Source of the DNA: Ignavibacteriota bacterium
GTDB taxonomy: Bacteria > Bacteroidota > Ignavibacteria > UBA10030 > CAVZMI01
Assembly (NCBI GenBank): GCA_963776275.1
Contig: CAVZMI010000034.1
Coordinates: 32,001 to 96,000 of the forward strand
DNA: 64,000 bases
Direction of reading: 5' to 3'
The notes under the pieces were generated by a model. That model worked only from the letters and a program-made list of their open reading frames with translations. It searched no databases and was not told the DNA's origin. Below, in pieces: positions 44,482 to 55,108 of this stretch. Position 1 is the first letter of the stretch. Each line of letters starts with the position of its first letter. Made by a program: the position numbers and the translations under genes.

Positions 44482-45183
44482 CTAAAAATTCGGAAGGTGT
44501 TTCTCCTTCGTGTAATGACGGGCGATAATGGCAACAGCTTCTTTCGGATTATCGGTAATATGGAAAAGATTGAGATTCTCGGGCGATATATTCCCGGCCG
44601 ACAGCATGGTCGTTTTGATCCACTCGACCAAACCCTGCCAATAATTCTTGCCTAAAAGAATGACCGGAAACTTTGTCGTCTTGTGCGTCTGGATCAGTGT
44701 GATCGCTTCGAAAAATTCATCGAGCGTGCCGTACCCGCCGGGAAGGACGATGAACCCCTGAGCATACTTTACGAACATCACCTTACGAACGAAAAAATGC
44801 CTGAACTTTATCAGCTTATCTTGATCGACGTAAGCATTGGCCTGCTGTTCAAACGGTAAATCAATATTGACGCCTATGGAACTCCCGCCTGCCTCTCTCG
44901 CCCCTTTGTTCGCAGCTTCCATGATCCCGCCGCCGGCGCCGGTAATAACGCCATATCCGGCACGGACAAGCTCACGTGCGACTTCTTCGGCAAGCTTATA
45001 CGCAGGCGTTCCGGGCTCTGTCCGAGCCGAGCCGAAAACCGAGACGGCCGGACCGATCCGCGACATGATCTCAAAGCCGTTGACCAGCTCGGCCATTACC
45101 TGAAATACCCGCCAGAGATCCTGCTGAGCACTTTCAAGCCACGCAGTACGATCCCACAATGTTGGTTGATCCGATGAGTTCAT
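44482..45183 (-). CDS. LOG family protein (TIGR00730-like)
   Basis: VSVFGSAR, MEAANKG and PGGYGTLDE. Confidence 0.92.
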   Translation of the reverse strand: MNSSDQPTLWDRTAWLESAQQDLWRVFQVMAELVNGFEIMSRIGPAVSVFGSARTEPGTPAYKLAEEVARELVRAGYGVITGAGGGIMEAANKGAREAGGSSIGVNIDLPFEQQANAYVDQDKLIKFRHFFVRKVMFVKYAQGFIVLPGGYGTLDEFFEAITLIQTHKTTKFPVILLGKNYWQGLVEWIKTTMLSAGNISPENLNLFHITDNPKEAVAIIARHYTKEKHLPNF

Positions 45184-45245
45184 AATTTTTCCTTACCAAG
45201 ATTTCATTTCCGACGTTTTTACGAACTGTCGGGAACTAATTCCTT

Positions 45246-45815
45246 TCAGTATTTGCCTTCAAGAAAATTCTTTAAGATGATGATCCCGTTGTCGGTTGCA
45301 ATTGATTCCGGGTGAAATTGGACGCCGATTGTCGGAGTTTCACGATGACGGACGCCCATGATTGTTCCATCATCAACCCATGCGGTGACCAGGAGATCTT
45401 TCGGCAGCGTCGCCCGATCGATCACAAGCGAATGATACCGCGTGGCGGAAAATGGGTTCGGCAGGCCATCAAATAATTTCCATCCGTCGTGGTAAATCAA
45501 AGATGTTTTCCCGTGCACAATTTGCTTAGCCCTTATAATATCACCGCCGAATGCCTCGCCAATCGATTGATGTCCGAGACATACCCCGAGAATGGGAATT
45601 TCCCGATAAAATCTTTTTACAAGGGAAACGGAGATACCTGCTTCCTTCGGAGTACACGGTCCCGGAGAGATAATGATCGCCTGTGGTTTTTGTCGAGCGA
45701 TGTCGTCGAGTGTCATTGCATCATTGCGTGCAACGTTCACTTCAACCCCCACCATGCCGAGATATTGTACGAGGTTATACGTAAACGAATCGTAGTTATC
45801 GATTACCAGCACCAT
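45246..45815 (-). CDS. trpG: Anthranilate/aminodeoxychorismate synthase component II
   Basis: IDNYDSFTYNL, SPGP, GVCLGHQ, RYHSL and QFHPES. Confidence 0.9.
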   Translation of the reverse strand: MVLVIDNYDSFTYNLVQYLGMVGVEVNVARNDAMTLDDIARQKPQAIIISPGPCTPKEAGISVSLVKRFYREIPILGVCLGHQSIGEAFGGDIIRAKQIVHGKTSLIYHDGWKLFDGLPNPFSATRYHSLVIDRATLPKDLLVTAWVDDGTIMGVRHRETPTIGVQFHPESIATDNGIIILKNFLEGKY

Positions 45816-45819
45816 GATG

Positions 45820-47340
45820 TTATGCTCCCTCTCTTGGCCGTTGGGAATATTGCGGCAACATTTGAAAAGACTGCACCAGGGCTCCCATTTTATCGAGTGA
45901 TTCCTGGTATTCGCTGGCCGGTTCCGAATCATAGACAATTCCTGCGCCCGCCTGTAAACGGGCAACGCCGTCTCTCATGACTATCGTCCGGATCGCAATA
46001 CATGAATCAAGGTTCCCTGCAAAATCGATATAGCCGATTGCGCCGCCGTAGACGCCTCGTTTGGCTTTTTCAAGCTCGGCGATTATCTCCATGGCGCGGA
46101 TTTTTGGAGCGCCGGAAAGCGTACCTGCGGGAAAACATGAATAAAGTGCGTCTATTGCACTCATGTCCGCACGAAGTTTCCCCCGGACGTTCGAGACAAT
46201 GTGCATGACGTGAGAATACCGTTCGATCGCCATGAATTCGGTCACGGCGACGCTCCCGTAGTCACAGATTCTGCCGAGATCATTCCGTCCGAGGTCTACG
46301 AGCATGAGATGCTCCGCCCGCTCTTTTTCATTCGCCAGAAGCGCGACTTCGAGCTTCGCATCTTCTTCCGATGTCCGTCCGCGCCGTGTTGTTCCGGCGA
46401 TCGGCCGCGTCTCAACGATACCGTTGTCGACACGAACTAGCAATTCCGGAGACGAACCGATAATTTCCGTCTCTCCAATCCTCAAGAAATATGCATAGGG
46501 GGAAGGATTCACAACCCGCAGCATACGGTATACGTCGAATGCATCCGCCTGAATTTTCTGGGTCAGTCGCTGTGAAAGCACAACCTGAAAAATGTCTCCC
46601 GCCCGGATATACTCTTTACACCGCTCGACGCTGCCGAGATACTCTTTTTCGCTCATGCTCCATTGCTGTAACTCATCGAAACGGGCAGTAGCAAAATACG
46701 GCGTCACCTGCCGCTGTAGAATCGATTTTATTCGCGTGATTTCTTCAACGACTTTTCGGTATTCCATCCGTATCTCATCTTCAGGTAACTTGTGAGTGCT
46801 GATGTAGCCATTCGATACAATGAAAATTTTTCGTTGGACATTATCGAATACAAGAATCGTGTCATAAAACATCAACACGCCGTCATCATAGGGGAGTTCG
46901 GGCGTATTCGGGAGATCGAGATTCTCCACCAGTTGAACCGTCTCATAACCAAGATATCCGACGGCACCACCGCTGAAACGGGGCAGACCCGGAACCGGAA
47001 CAGCCTTAAGATGATGGAAAATTGTTTTCAATGCGTCGAGCGGATGGACAATATCTTTCACCAATGCTGGAAGAACGGTAACATCGCTGTGCAGCGGTTC
47101 GAGAGAAAATTTTTTACCGTTGATTCGAAAAATCATAAACGGATTAAATCCGAGAAACGAGTAGCGTGCAAGGCGTTCTCCACCATCGATACTCTCGAGC
47201 AGAAATGAGTACGGACTTTCACGCCCGATCTTCAAATAGACCGAAACGGGAGTCTCGGTATCTGCAAGCAGCTCGTCGACGATCGGAACGACATTCCCCT
47301 GTACTGCAAGTTTCTTAAAATCTTCGAACGATGTAATCAT
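45820..47340 (-). CDS. trpE: Anthranilate synthase component I
   Basis: LLES, GDIFQVVLS, NPSPY, RPIAGT, AEHLMLVDLGRND and PAGTLSGAPK. Confidence 0.93.
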   Translation of the reverse strand: MITSFEDFKKLAVQGNVVPIVDELLADTETPVSVYLKIGRESPYSFLLESIDGGERLARYSFLGFNPFMIFRINGKKFSLEPLHSDVTVLPALVKDIVHPLDALKTIFHHLKAVPVPGLPRFSGGAVGYLGYETVQLVENLDLPNTPELPYDDGVLMFYDTILVFDNVQRKIFIVSNGYISTHKLPEDEIRMEYRKVVEEITRIKSILQRQVTPYFATARFDELQQWSMSEKEYLGSVERCKEYIRAGDIFQVVLSQRLTQKIQADAFDVYRMLRVVNPSPYAYFLRIGETEIIGSSPELLVRVDNGIVETRPIAGTTRRGRTSEEDAKLEVALLANEKERAEHLMLVDLGRNDLGRICDYGSVAVTEFMAIERYSHVMHIVSNVRGKLRADMSAIDALYSCFPAGTLSGAPKIRAMEIIAELEKAKRGVYGGAIGYIDFAGNLDSCIAIRTIVMRDGVARLQAGAGIVYDSEPASEYQESLDKMGALVQSFQMLPQYSQRPREGA

Positions 47341-47436
47341 TGACTTTTCCCTGGCACCGCACCAAGTAAGTGTACATTCATTGATTTTATAATACCTTAC
47401 CCTTTTATTTGCAGATATAATACAGTAGTATGGGCA

Positions 47437-48462
47437 TTAGCCAAAGAGCATGTGGAAGACAGCGACTGCCTGGCGTATTTCGTCCAGAGAGACATCCAGA
47501 TGGGTAACAGCCCGTATTTTTCCGGGGCTACCGGCACTTAGCAGCACTCCCTCGGTCCGCAATTTTTCCAGAACAACCGCCGGTGTAAGTCCGTCGCGTT
47601 TGACATCTACAATCACGATATTTGTCTGCACCGTTTCCATTTCGATTATAAAGCCCGCGATCGTACCGACTTCAGCAGCAAAGTATCGTGCTTTCTCGTG
47701 GTCTTCTGCAAGCCGCTCTCTATTATTTTCCAGTGCATAGAGAGCGCCGGCAGCAATTATTCCAGCCTGACGCATTCCTCCACCGAAGATTTTCCGGTAT
47801 CAATCGGCCCCTTCCAATAAATTCTTCGGACCGGCGACCGCCGAGCCGACCGGAGCCCCGAGTCCCTTCGAGAAACACACCGAAATCGAATCACAGTACT
47901 GTGCATATTCCTGCGGAGATATCCCAGTCGCGACACACGCATTCCACAGGCGGGCGCCGTCGATGTGAAGAAGAAGTCCTTCGCTCTTTGCAAGGTCGTG
48001 AATCCGGCGAATTTCCTCGATCGGATAGATTGTTCCACCGGCGCGGTTATGAGTATTTTCTATACACACCAATCGAGTCGGCGGCATATAATACTCTTTG
48101 GATCGGATTGCCTGCTCGATCTGGTCGGCGGTCATGATGCCGTGACGACCCGGGATTGTCATAAGTTGAACGTTCGAAATCATAGCGGGAGCAGCAGTTT
48201 CATAATTGAAAATATGCGACTCCTGTTCGACAATGATTTCATCTCCCGGTTGAGTGTGAGCTTTAATCGAGAGTTGATTCCCCATGCAACCCGATGTGAC
48301 ATAGATCGCTTTTTCTTTCCCCAATAACTTGGCGACCTTTTCCTGTAATTCATTGATGGTGGGATCTTCACCGTAGACGTCATCTCCTACGGGAGCCCGG
48401 GCCATTATCTGACGCATCGCCGGCGAAGGCCGTGTGACGGTATCACTTCGAAGATCGATCAT
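47437..48462 (-). CDS. ltaE: Low-specificity L-threonine aldolase (frameshift ~47810)
   Basis: IDLRSDTVT, GDDVYGEDP, ENTHN, HIDGAR and SKGLGAPVGS, then MRQAGI. Confidence 0.92.
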
Positions 48463-48503
48463 AAATTTTCTCAGGCAAAATTGCATTCAATACGACGATC
48501 ATT

Positions 48504-50178
48504 TCACTTTTTTCCCTTACGAATGAAAATCCATCCAGCAGCAACAACGGTAAGGCCAAGGCTCAATCCAAACGCCGGAATTGCTATATAGTCTCCCATT
48601 CGTGCATATAATGTCTTTTCCTGATTTATTCCGATAGACTGAAGCCGGATGGCCTGTGTATCATATTCTGTAGATTGATACATTCTTCCGTACGGATCTA
48701 CAAACGTGCTTATCCCACCGTTAGCACAGCGTACAATCCATCGACGGTTTTCAATTGCACGCAGCCGTGCATAGTCGGCGTGTTGGAGAAAACCCAACGT
48801 CCTCCCCCACCAGCTATCGTTAGTGATAATGACAAGAAATTCGGCGCCGGAATTCACAAATTCACGGACGAAACCCGGGTAGATCGACTCATAACAAATA
48901 AGCGTTGAGAATTTTCTATCCCCGGTAGAATCCGGCAGCCGGAATATCGTCATTTCTTTCCCGACGCCCCAACCGCTTAATCCGACACCCCACTCCAGCA
49001 CATTCAGGAAAACAAACGTATCGGCATAGGGAACACGTTCGCCAAACGGAACCAGAAGCATCTTATGATATCGCTGCACCTGACGATTACCCGGAAGGAA
49101 AAGAACAGCCGAATTATATGTATCATACCACTCACGCGTGACCGTTGTCCGCTTGCTGCTTGGATTCGCTTTTATAGAATCCGGATAGAATTCAACATCA
49201 GGAAAACCAGTTAGCAGCGCGATATGGAGCGAATCGATCTGTTCTTCGATCATACTTCGATGAAACTGATACCGTGGAAGAAGGATAAAATACGGCAGTG
49301 CAGTCTCGGGCCATATTACGAATTTCGCTCCGCGTCGAACGAGCGAGTCGGTGAGGTCCATGATAAAGCCGAAGCTGCTGCAATTTCTCGCCACCGCTCC
49401 ATTTTCCCCACGGGTCAATGTTGGGTTGGACGATCCCTACAGCGAGCGATTCTGCCGAATGTATCGTCTCGACCGGATGGGTACGCAGGACAATCTCGCC
49501 ATGAATCTTCGGTAAAAGAACGAGCACAATTCCAGCAAGTGTCGTTAATATCGCGCGGCTCGATGCAATCGTCCACCGGCCTGTCGAAAGATTTTTCCAT
49601 GCCACATAGAGAAGTATATTGACAATGAGTATGAGCAACGAGGCACCGTAGATTCCCGTCCACGATATAAACTGCACACGTGCCGGATCCGATGCCTGCG
49701 AATTACCGAGCGTAATCCAGGGAAACGCAATATCACCAAGCGAATGCCAGTACTCGAATCCGATCCAGAATATTGGAAATGTAACAAGCATCCATCGTTC
49801 CCCCCATGATTTTCGGACAAGGAGCGCCGCCGCAATTGGAAGAAAAAAGAAAAAAGGATGCCCGATCATCAATCCTGCACCGGCCAGCATCAGATAGGGA
49901 TCGCGGCCGTGCGTAAATCCTCCAACCCAATATAAAGATATCGCGTTGAACACAAAAAGCATCACGTAGGAATATCTAAGCGGACGCATGACGCCTTCAA
50001 GACGGGATATCATAATAAAAAAGGGAATAAATCCGATATAGGCAAACATCGCCGTCGGTAAGGGGGGGAATGAAAGACCGAGCAAGATTCCAGAAAACAG
50101 AGCCAGCGTGAGGTTCGTACGTCGGGAACCGGTACCGATCCGAATTGGGTGCGATGATATTCCAGATAGTTTGTTCAC
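48504..50178 (-). CDS. lnt: Apolipoprotein N-acyltransferase (frameshift ~49365)
   Basis: Transmembrane N-terminus, FPW, QPNI, WPETA, YNS, KMLLVPFGE, ICYES, TNDSW and RAIENRR. Confidence 0.93.
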
Positions 50179-50762
50179 TGTTTCTGTTTTGCCTTCATCC
50201 CGAATTTAGCCGGGATGGTCCTTTCAATATATTTCAAAAGTAAAATCATTATCTGACCTACAATAAAGCCGATGAGAGCACCTCCAAGAGCATCCGAAGG
50301 ATAGTGGACACCAACATAAACTCGTGAAAGTGCAATAATTCCTGCCATCGAGTAGAAAGCCCACACCCACCGCTTGTATGCATACGACAACACGACAGCC
50401 GCTGCAAACATGTTCACCGCATGAGACGATGGAAACGATTTCCCCGAGCCGCAGTCGACTAACGGCCGGACTCCTTCCAGTACATAACACGGGCGTTCGC
50501 GTTCAACAAGCGGCTTTATAACAGAGCTGCTTAACTGATCGCTGATAGTGATTGTGAGAATAAGGACGACAACGACAATCCGCCCTGTCCGCCCGCCCAT
50601 GACTAGAAGAAGAATCCCAACCGCAAGAAAGAAAATCTTTCCCCCGATCATCTGATTGAGATCGGTCAGGAATGGCATGACGACATTCAAAAGATCATTT
50701 CTTAATGTCTGATGAATGAAGAAAAAGAGCCATCGATCTATTCCAAATAAAAAATCAATCAT
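50175..50762 (-). CDS. PAP2 family phosphatase
   Basis: K...RERP, SFPSSH and SRVYVGVHYPSD. Confidence 0.92.
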   Translation of the reverse strand: MIDFLFGIDRWLFFFIHQTLRNDLLNVVMPFLTDLNQMIGGKIFFLAVGILLLVMGGRTGRIVVVVLILTITISDQLSSSVIKPLVERERPCYVLEGVRPLVDCGSGKSFPSSHAVNMFAAAVVLSYAYKRWVWAFYSMAGIIALSRVYVGVHYPSDALGGALIGFIVGQIMILLLKYIERTIPAKFGMKAKQKQ

Positions 50763-51367
50763 CGCTTATTCAATTTTTTCCTGAGTACAAGATAAAAAAT
50801 CCACACGATGACAACCGTGCAGATCACAATCGTGATAATTCTGCTATAGTTTGCGAGATATTCACCAATAATCTGCCAGTTTCTGCCGACAAGGTACCCT
50901 GAATACAGCAACAGCCCATTCCAGACCAGTGCGCTTACGGCACATAGCGGGATCGTTATCGAAAGCGAGAGCCCTGACATTCCGGTAAAGAATGAGACAA
51001 CGGCACGAGTCCCGGAGAGAAATCTATTCGCAACAACAACCCAGGCTCCCCATTTCTGGAACCAGAGTTCTATTTTTTGAACACCGCTTGATGAAATGAA
51101 TTTCAGCTTCCCGGTCTTCAGAATATGCTCACCAAACCAGCGGCCAAGCAGATACATCGAGAAAAAACCGAGTGTACTCCCTGCAGTCGAAAAAAGAATA
51201 GCACCGATAAAATTGATTCGTCCAATGCCAATTAATGTTCCACCAAAAACAATAACAACGTCACTCGGAGACGGTGGAAAAATATTTTCGATATAGGCGA
51301 TAAGAAACAGAGTACAGTATACCCATACCGGACTTAATTGCGCCAGTGTCGTGATAAATTCGTGCAT
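50759..51367 (-). CDS. DedA family membrane protein
   Basis: ENIFPPSPSD, GSTLG and RFLSGTR. Confidence 0.9.
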   Translation of the reverse strand: MHEFITTLAQLSPVWVYCTLFLIAYIENIFPPSPSDVVIVFGGTLIGIGRINFIGAILFSTAGSTLGFFSMYLLGRWFGEHILKTGKLKFISSSGVQKIELWFQKWGAWVVVANRFLSGTRAVVSFFTGMSGLSLSITIPLCAVSALVWNGLLLYSGYLVGRNWQIIGEYLANYSRIITIVICTVVIVWIFYLVLRKKLNKR

Positions 51368-51371
51368 GCTC

Positions 51372-51851
51372 TCATTGTGGCAATGGATGAAGGGATGCAA
51401 CTGAATATGCAACAGCACCTTCTCCGGTACCGACGAATCCCATCCCCTCGGCAGTTGTAGCCTTTACGGAAACCTGATCAAGTTGCATGCCGAGGACGTG
51501 GGCGATGTTCAGACGCATTTCCGTTACGTAGGGAGCAATCTTGGGCGCCTGAAGCACCAGTGTTACATCGACGCTGATGATCTTGAATTTATGTTCCTTG
51601 ACCATCTCACCTACCCTTTTCAAGATCATCAGGCTTGAAATATCTTTTAGCTTTTCATCGGTGTCTGGGAAATGTTTCCCGAGGTCTCCTAATGCCGCGG
51701 CTCCGAGGAGTGCATCGGCAATCGCATGGAGAATGACATCTCCATCCGAATGGCCGAGGAGTCCTTTGTCGTGAGGAACCTCGATACCTCCGATAATCAA
51801 CTTCCTCCCTTCAACCAACCGATGAACATCGTATCCTATACCGACCCGCAT
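51372..51851 (-). CDS. ispF: 2-C-methyl-D-erythritol 2,4-cyclodiphosphate synthase
   Basis: RVGIGYDVH, GHSDGDV, GDLGKHFPD and VKATT. Confidence 0.96.
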   Translation of the reverse strand: MRVGIGYDVHRLVEGRKLIIGGIEVPHDKGLLGHSDGDVILHAIADALLGAAALGDLGKHFPDTDEKLKDISSLMILKRVGEMVKEHKFKIISVDVTLVLQAPKIAPYVTEMRLNIAHVLGMQLDQVSVKATTAEGMGFVGTGEGAVAYSVASLHPLPQ

Positions 51852-51863
51852 AGGCACCTCCTG

Positions 51864-52139
51864 TTAGTATATCTCAAAAGCGGGAAAATCGTGTTGTGGT
51901 TCCCGCCATTCAATTGCTACATCGGTGACATGAGACATCCGGGTTCCGACTCGTACCTGCGAAATCATCTCTTCAACGAGTGAACGATCCCCTTCGATCT
52001 CGATTTCCACTTCGCCCGTCACAAGATTCCTGACATACCCTCGCAAGTGCAGGTTTACTCCTATCCTGTAGACGAAGTAACGGAATCCGACTCCCTGGAC
52101 GAATCCACGGATAAGGATGTGCGCGCGAACTTCTTTCAT
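51864..52139 (-). CDS. acyP: Acylphosphatase
   Basis: GFVQGVGFR, GYVRN and GEVEIEIEG. Confidence 0.93.
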   Translation of the reverse strand: MKEVRAHILIRGFVQGVGFRYFVYRIGVNLHLRGYVRNLVTGEVEIEIEGDRSLVEEMISQVRVGTRMSHVTDVAIEWREPQHDFPAFEIY

Positions 52140-52229
52140 TTAAGATCAATTTACAAAAAAAGGGGAAAATTACAAAATTTATACGTGATGTGATAAAACA
52201 ATCCGTGGAAATAATGCGGAAGGATGATG

Positions 52230-52763
52230 TTATTGTTGTTCTTTCTCCTCCTCCAGGCGTATAACCTTACCCGCGGGTGTCTCCTCCGTTTCATATTCAG
52301 TCATGCTTTGAATCCTGACGAGGGCCTCGGAGATCTTTTTCGCGGCAATCTCGCACTGTTCCCACCGCTTGAGATCTTCGTCTGGGAGATTTCCTGTTCC
52401 ATGCCGCTTTGCAGCCTGTGAGACCATTAGAATAATCGCCAGCGGATTAGCAATGTTGTGCTGAAGACTGCGGGTAACTTCATGCAATGTGGATATTTCC
52501 TTTTCCTTCAACTGCCATTTCTGTTCGATATCGAGCCGCTTTAACTCCTCCTGGTGAAGGTACTGATTCATCATTACTAGCCGTTGAAAGATGTATGAGA
52601 GGATAAAAAAGAAAAGAAGACTTTCGACCTTAAAAAACCATGTAAAAAAGTCGAACCTTTGGAAATGGATATCGTAAAAGACATTAAAAACCGTGATTCC
52701 CATGAAGAGAAGAAACGCAAGCCAAACGATAAAACCCGGATTATTTTTTAGCCATCCATTCAT
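52230..52763 (-). CDS. Membrane protein with HisKA-like helix, lacking a kinase ATPase domain
   Basis: Two transmembrane segments, then SLQHNIANPLAII (H-box-like); the protein ends shortly after. Confidence 0.6.
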   Translation of the reverse strand: MNGWLKNNPGFIVWLAFLLFMGITVFNVFYDIHFQRFDFFTWFFKVESLLFFFILSYIFQRLVMMNQYLHQEELKRLDIEQKWQLKEKEISTLHEVTRSLQHNIANPLAIILMVSQAAKRHGTGNLPDEDLKRWEQCEIAAKKISEALVRIQSMTEYETEETPAGKVIRLEEEKEQQ

Positions 52764-53107
52764 AGATATTCCCGGTGAAAAAGCAATTTGAGTTCGTCGA
52801 AATTAATGTACTAAACAACTTATGGAGAGTCAAGCAATTGCTAAAATTTATCTAATTCCTTATTATATATATCCGACATATTCCGGCGCAACCTTTAAGG
52901 AATGGAGACCCATGAAACGCTCAATGTTTTTTTCACCGCGCTCGTTTTTTCATCTATCCTCACCTTCGCTCAACCCAAAGAGCAAAGGCTCACGTTCTAT
53001 GAAAAAAGCAACTACTATACCGTTCATTGGAAAGAATGAAGCGCTTGTTAAAAAATCGAGACGACCCGCGTTAACTTTATCTATACTTCCAATATTCCAT
53101 TTGATAA

Positions 53108-54700
53108 TTATTTTTTAAATAGAGAATTGTACTTCTGACGAGCGGCATCAGCATTTATCTGTAAATCACTCAGAGTGGTTCCCGCAACAATAGCGAAATA
53201 TACATCTACAGTATCCCCGACTGAAAGTGCAAATGGACCCGATCCGATCCACATCCTGTATTCACCAGGCACTATGATAGGTTCGTTTAAGAAAGTTGAA
53301 ATCCATATGAATGATGAATCACGGATTCCGTTACCCTCCCCTTTCCCGGTCACACGAGCACCCGACATTCCGTTCAACGCAATAATGCCGTAATAATTCG
53401 GATCACTCCCACCCCCACCAGGGTATTCATATGCCATATTTCTTGACTGATCATACCCACCGAGATTTGAACCACTCCCATTCGTTCCTCCAATATCCCA
53501 GTCTGCAAAAATACCGACGAAGAGATCATTTAGCGCCCATTGATTCCCATAAAGACGATAGTGAATGAACATGCTATTTTCACCGGTGTTGGAATATGAA
53601 ATTTGATTTACCGTCAAACTGTAAGGACTAGGGGCTCCACCATCATTAAAAGTAGCCTCCGCGATTTGATTCCAGGAAGAATTGGATTTAAAACCAGAAA
53701 CGTGAACCGTATTAACTAAATCATTATTTATCATGAAACTTCCTACATGACCATTAACACTCTTACGAGACATTGTTCCCATAATTAGACCTGATGAATA
53801 TAATGCATCTGCATTTCCCTTAAACCTGACACCTCTACCGATATTTCCATTGTATAAGTGGCCAATATTGCCATTCTCAAACATTGTAACTTCAAGGTTT
53901 CCTGTGTTGTGTGTCAGATATTGTGTTGGCTGCATTTGTGGCAGTGCCACTAACTCAACTAGAAAATGCAAATCTGAAAGAGTACTTGAATTATCGTTAC
54001 TTATGAATGGACCGGGTATCGATGCAGACATTTGCCCACCGATATTATTTCTATTCTGTAATACCGAAATATCAACAGTAGTATCAAAGGAAATTGAATT
54101 CCCGAGTTCATTATAATATCTGATCCAGAGCCACCATTGAGTACTACTCCCGCCTTTCACAAAACTAATCTCTATGGCATTTTTGATACCTTCAGGATCA
54201 GCGTTAAACGACATCGAACCCCAAATATTATATTGTTCGTTGAAATAATCATAAGCTTCCGTATACACTCCGTAAGGATAACTATATGATCCGATACAGC
54301 ACTCATAATATTCATATGATTTACCGTTTAACTTAAAAGTTATTACATTCTGCCCGCCACATTTGTCTTTCGGATAATGATAATCTTTCCCATCAATATT
54401 AACATCAAAGCTGATAACAGTAGAACGACCATAATCATTTTTAATATTGGTCCACTTGAAAGTATGTGTTTCGTTATTCATGCTTATCGTCGCATCGAAC
54501 GAGAGAAGACCTTGAACGTTTTTTGAGTAATCCGATCCGTTATTCCACATGTTATGGATCTTTACTTCAAATCCGTTCACTGTAAAACATATGGAGTTGG
54601 CTCCGTCGGGGGATTCTGTTGGATTTTTTTTCGAACAGGATACCATCAAGCAACACAACATGATGGCCATTTGCAAAAGATCGAAGATAATGTGTTTCAT
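53108..54700 (-). CDS. Multi-domain hypothetical lipoprotein, AT-rich
   Basis: LMVSC lipobox. The C-terminal HNTGN...VGIFADWDIG...FAIVAG..L.DL...A.AA...Y block resembles modules of secreted proteins in this lineage (inference). Confidence 0.7.
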   Translation of the reverse strand: MKHIIFDLLQMAIMLCCLMVSCSKKNPTESPDGANSICFTVNGFEVKIHNMWNNGSDYSKNVQGLLSFDATISMNNETHTFKWTNIKNDYGRSTVISFDVNIDGKDYHYPKDKCGGQNVITFKLNGKSYEYYECCIGSYSYPYGVYTEAYDYFNEQYNIWGSMSFNADPEGIKNAIEISFVKGGSSTQWWLWIRYYNELGNSISFDTTVDISVLQNRNNIGGQMSASIPGPFISNDNSSTLSDLHFLVELVALPQMQPTQYLTHNTGNLEVTMFENGNIGHLYNGNIGRGVRFKGNADALYSSGLIMGTMSRKSVNGHVGSFMINNDLVNTVHVSGFKSNSSWNQIAEATFNDGGAPSPYSLTVNQISYSNTGENSMFIHYRLYGNQWALNDLFVGIFADWDIGGTNGSGSNLGGYDQSRNMAYEYPGGGGSDPNYYGIIALNGMSGARVTGKGEGNGIRDSSFIWISTFLNEPIIVPGEYRMWIGSGPFALSVGDTVDVYFAIVAGTTLSDLQINADAARQKYNSLFKK

Positions 54701-54972
54701 AATATCCACCTATGAAAAAGTTATATGATAAGTCAATGTTTTTTTACTCGCGCGTTAAGACGGGAATCATCCGCATTTTTTATAACGTCCGGAGAATATT
54801 CAAGGACTCACATAATTCCACAGTGAAATTATGTATTCACAAAACACAACCGTGAAAGGCCGCCGGGGTCGGGTTGTCTTGTCGTAGCTGTTTTCGGAAT
54901 GGGGAATTAATCAGGAACGACCTAATTATAGGCTTCCCGATAGAGCAGTAACGATATCTGTTATGTTTGTGA

Positions 54973-55000
54973 AAGATAAAATTTCTGTTTGAAAAGTCAA
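54973..55000 (-). promoter_or_regulatory. Putative sigma70 promoter
   Basis: TTGACT-N16-TATCTT on the minus strand, about 270 nt upstream of the lipoprotein gene. Confidence 0.45.
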
Positions 55001-55108
55001 GTATCCGTCTACGCTAAGGAGGTTATTATTCTTATTGGAATTAGAATAGCAAAAATAGAAAGAATTTCATAAATTTCATTAAATCTGAGAATAACTGAAG
55101 GAAACAAA

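Noticed and set aside
54775-54900. Minus-strand attC-like site (GGACGTTATA) before the 53.1-54.7 kb gene
   Set aside because: No matching TATC/TAAC left core or clean stem in the right register, and no partner site after the gene.
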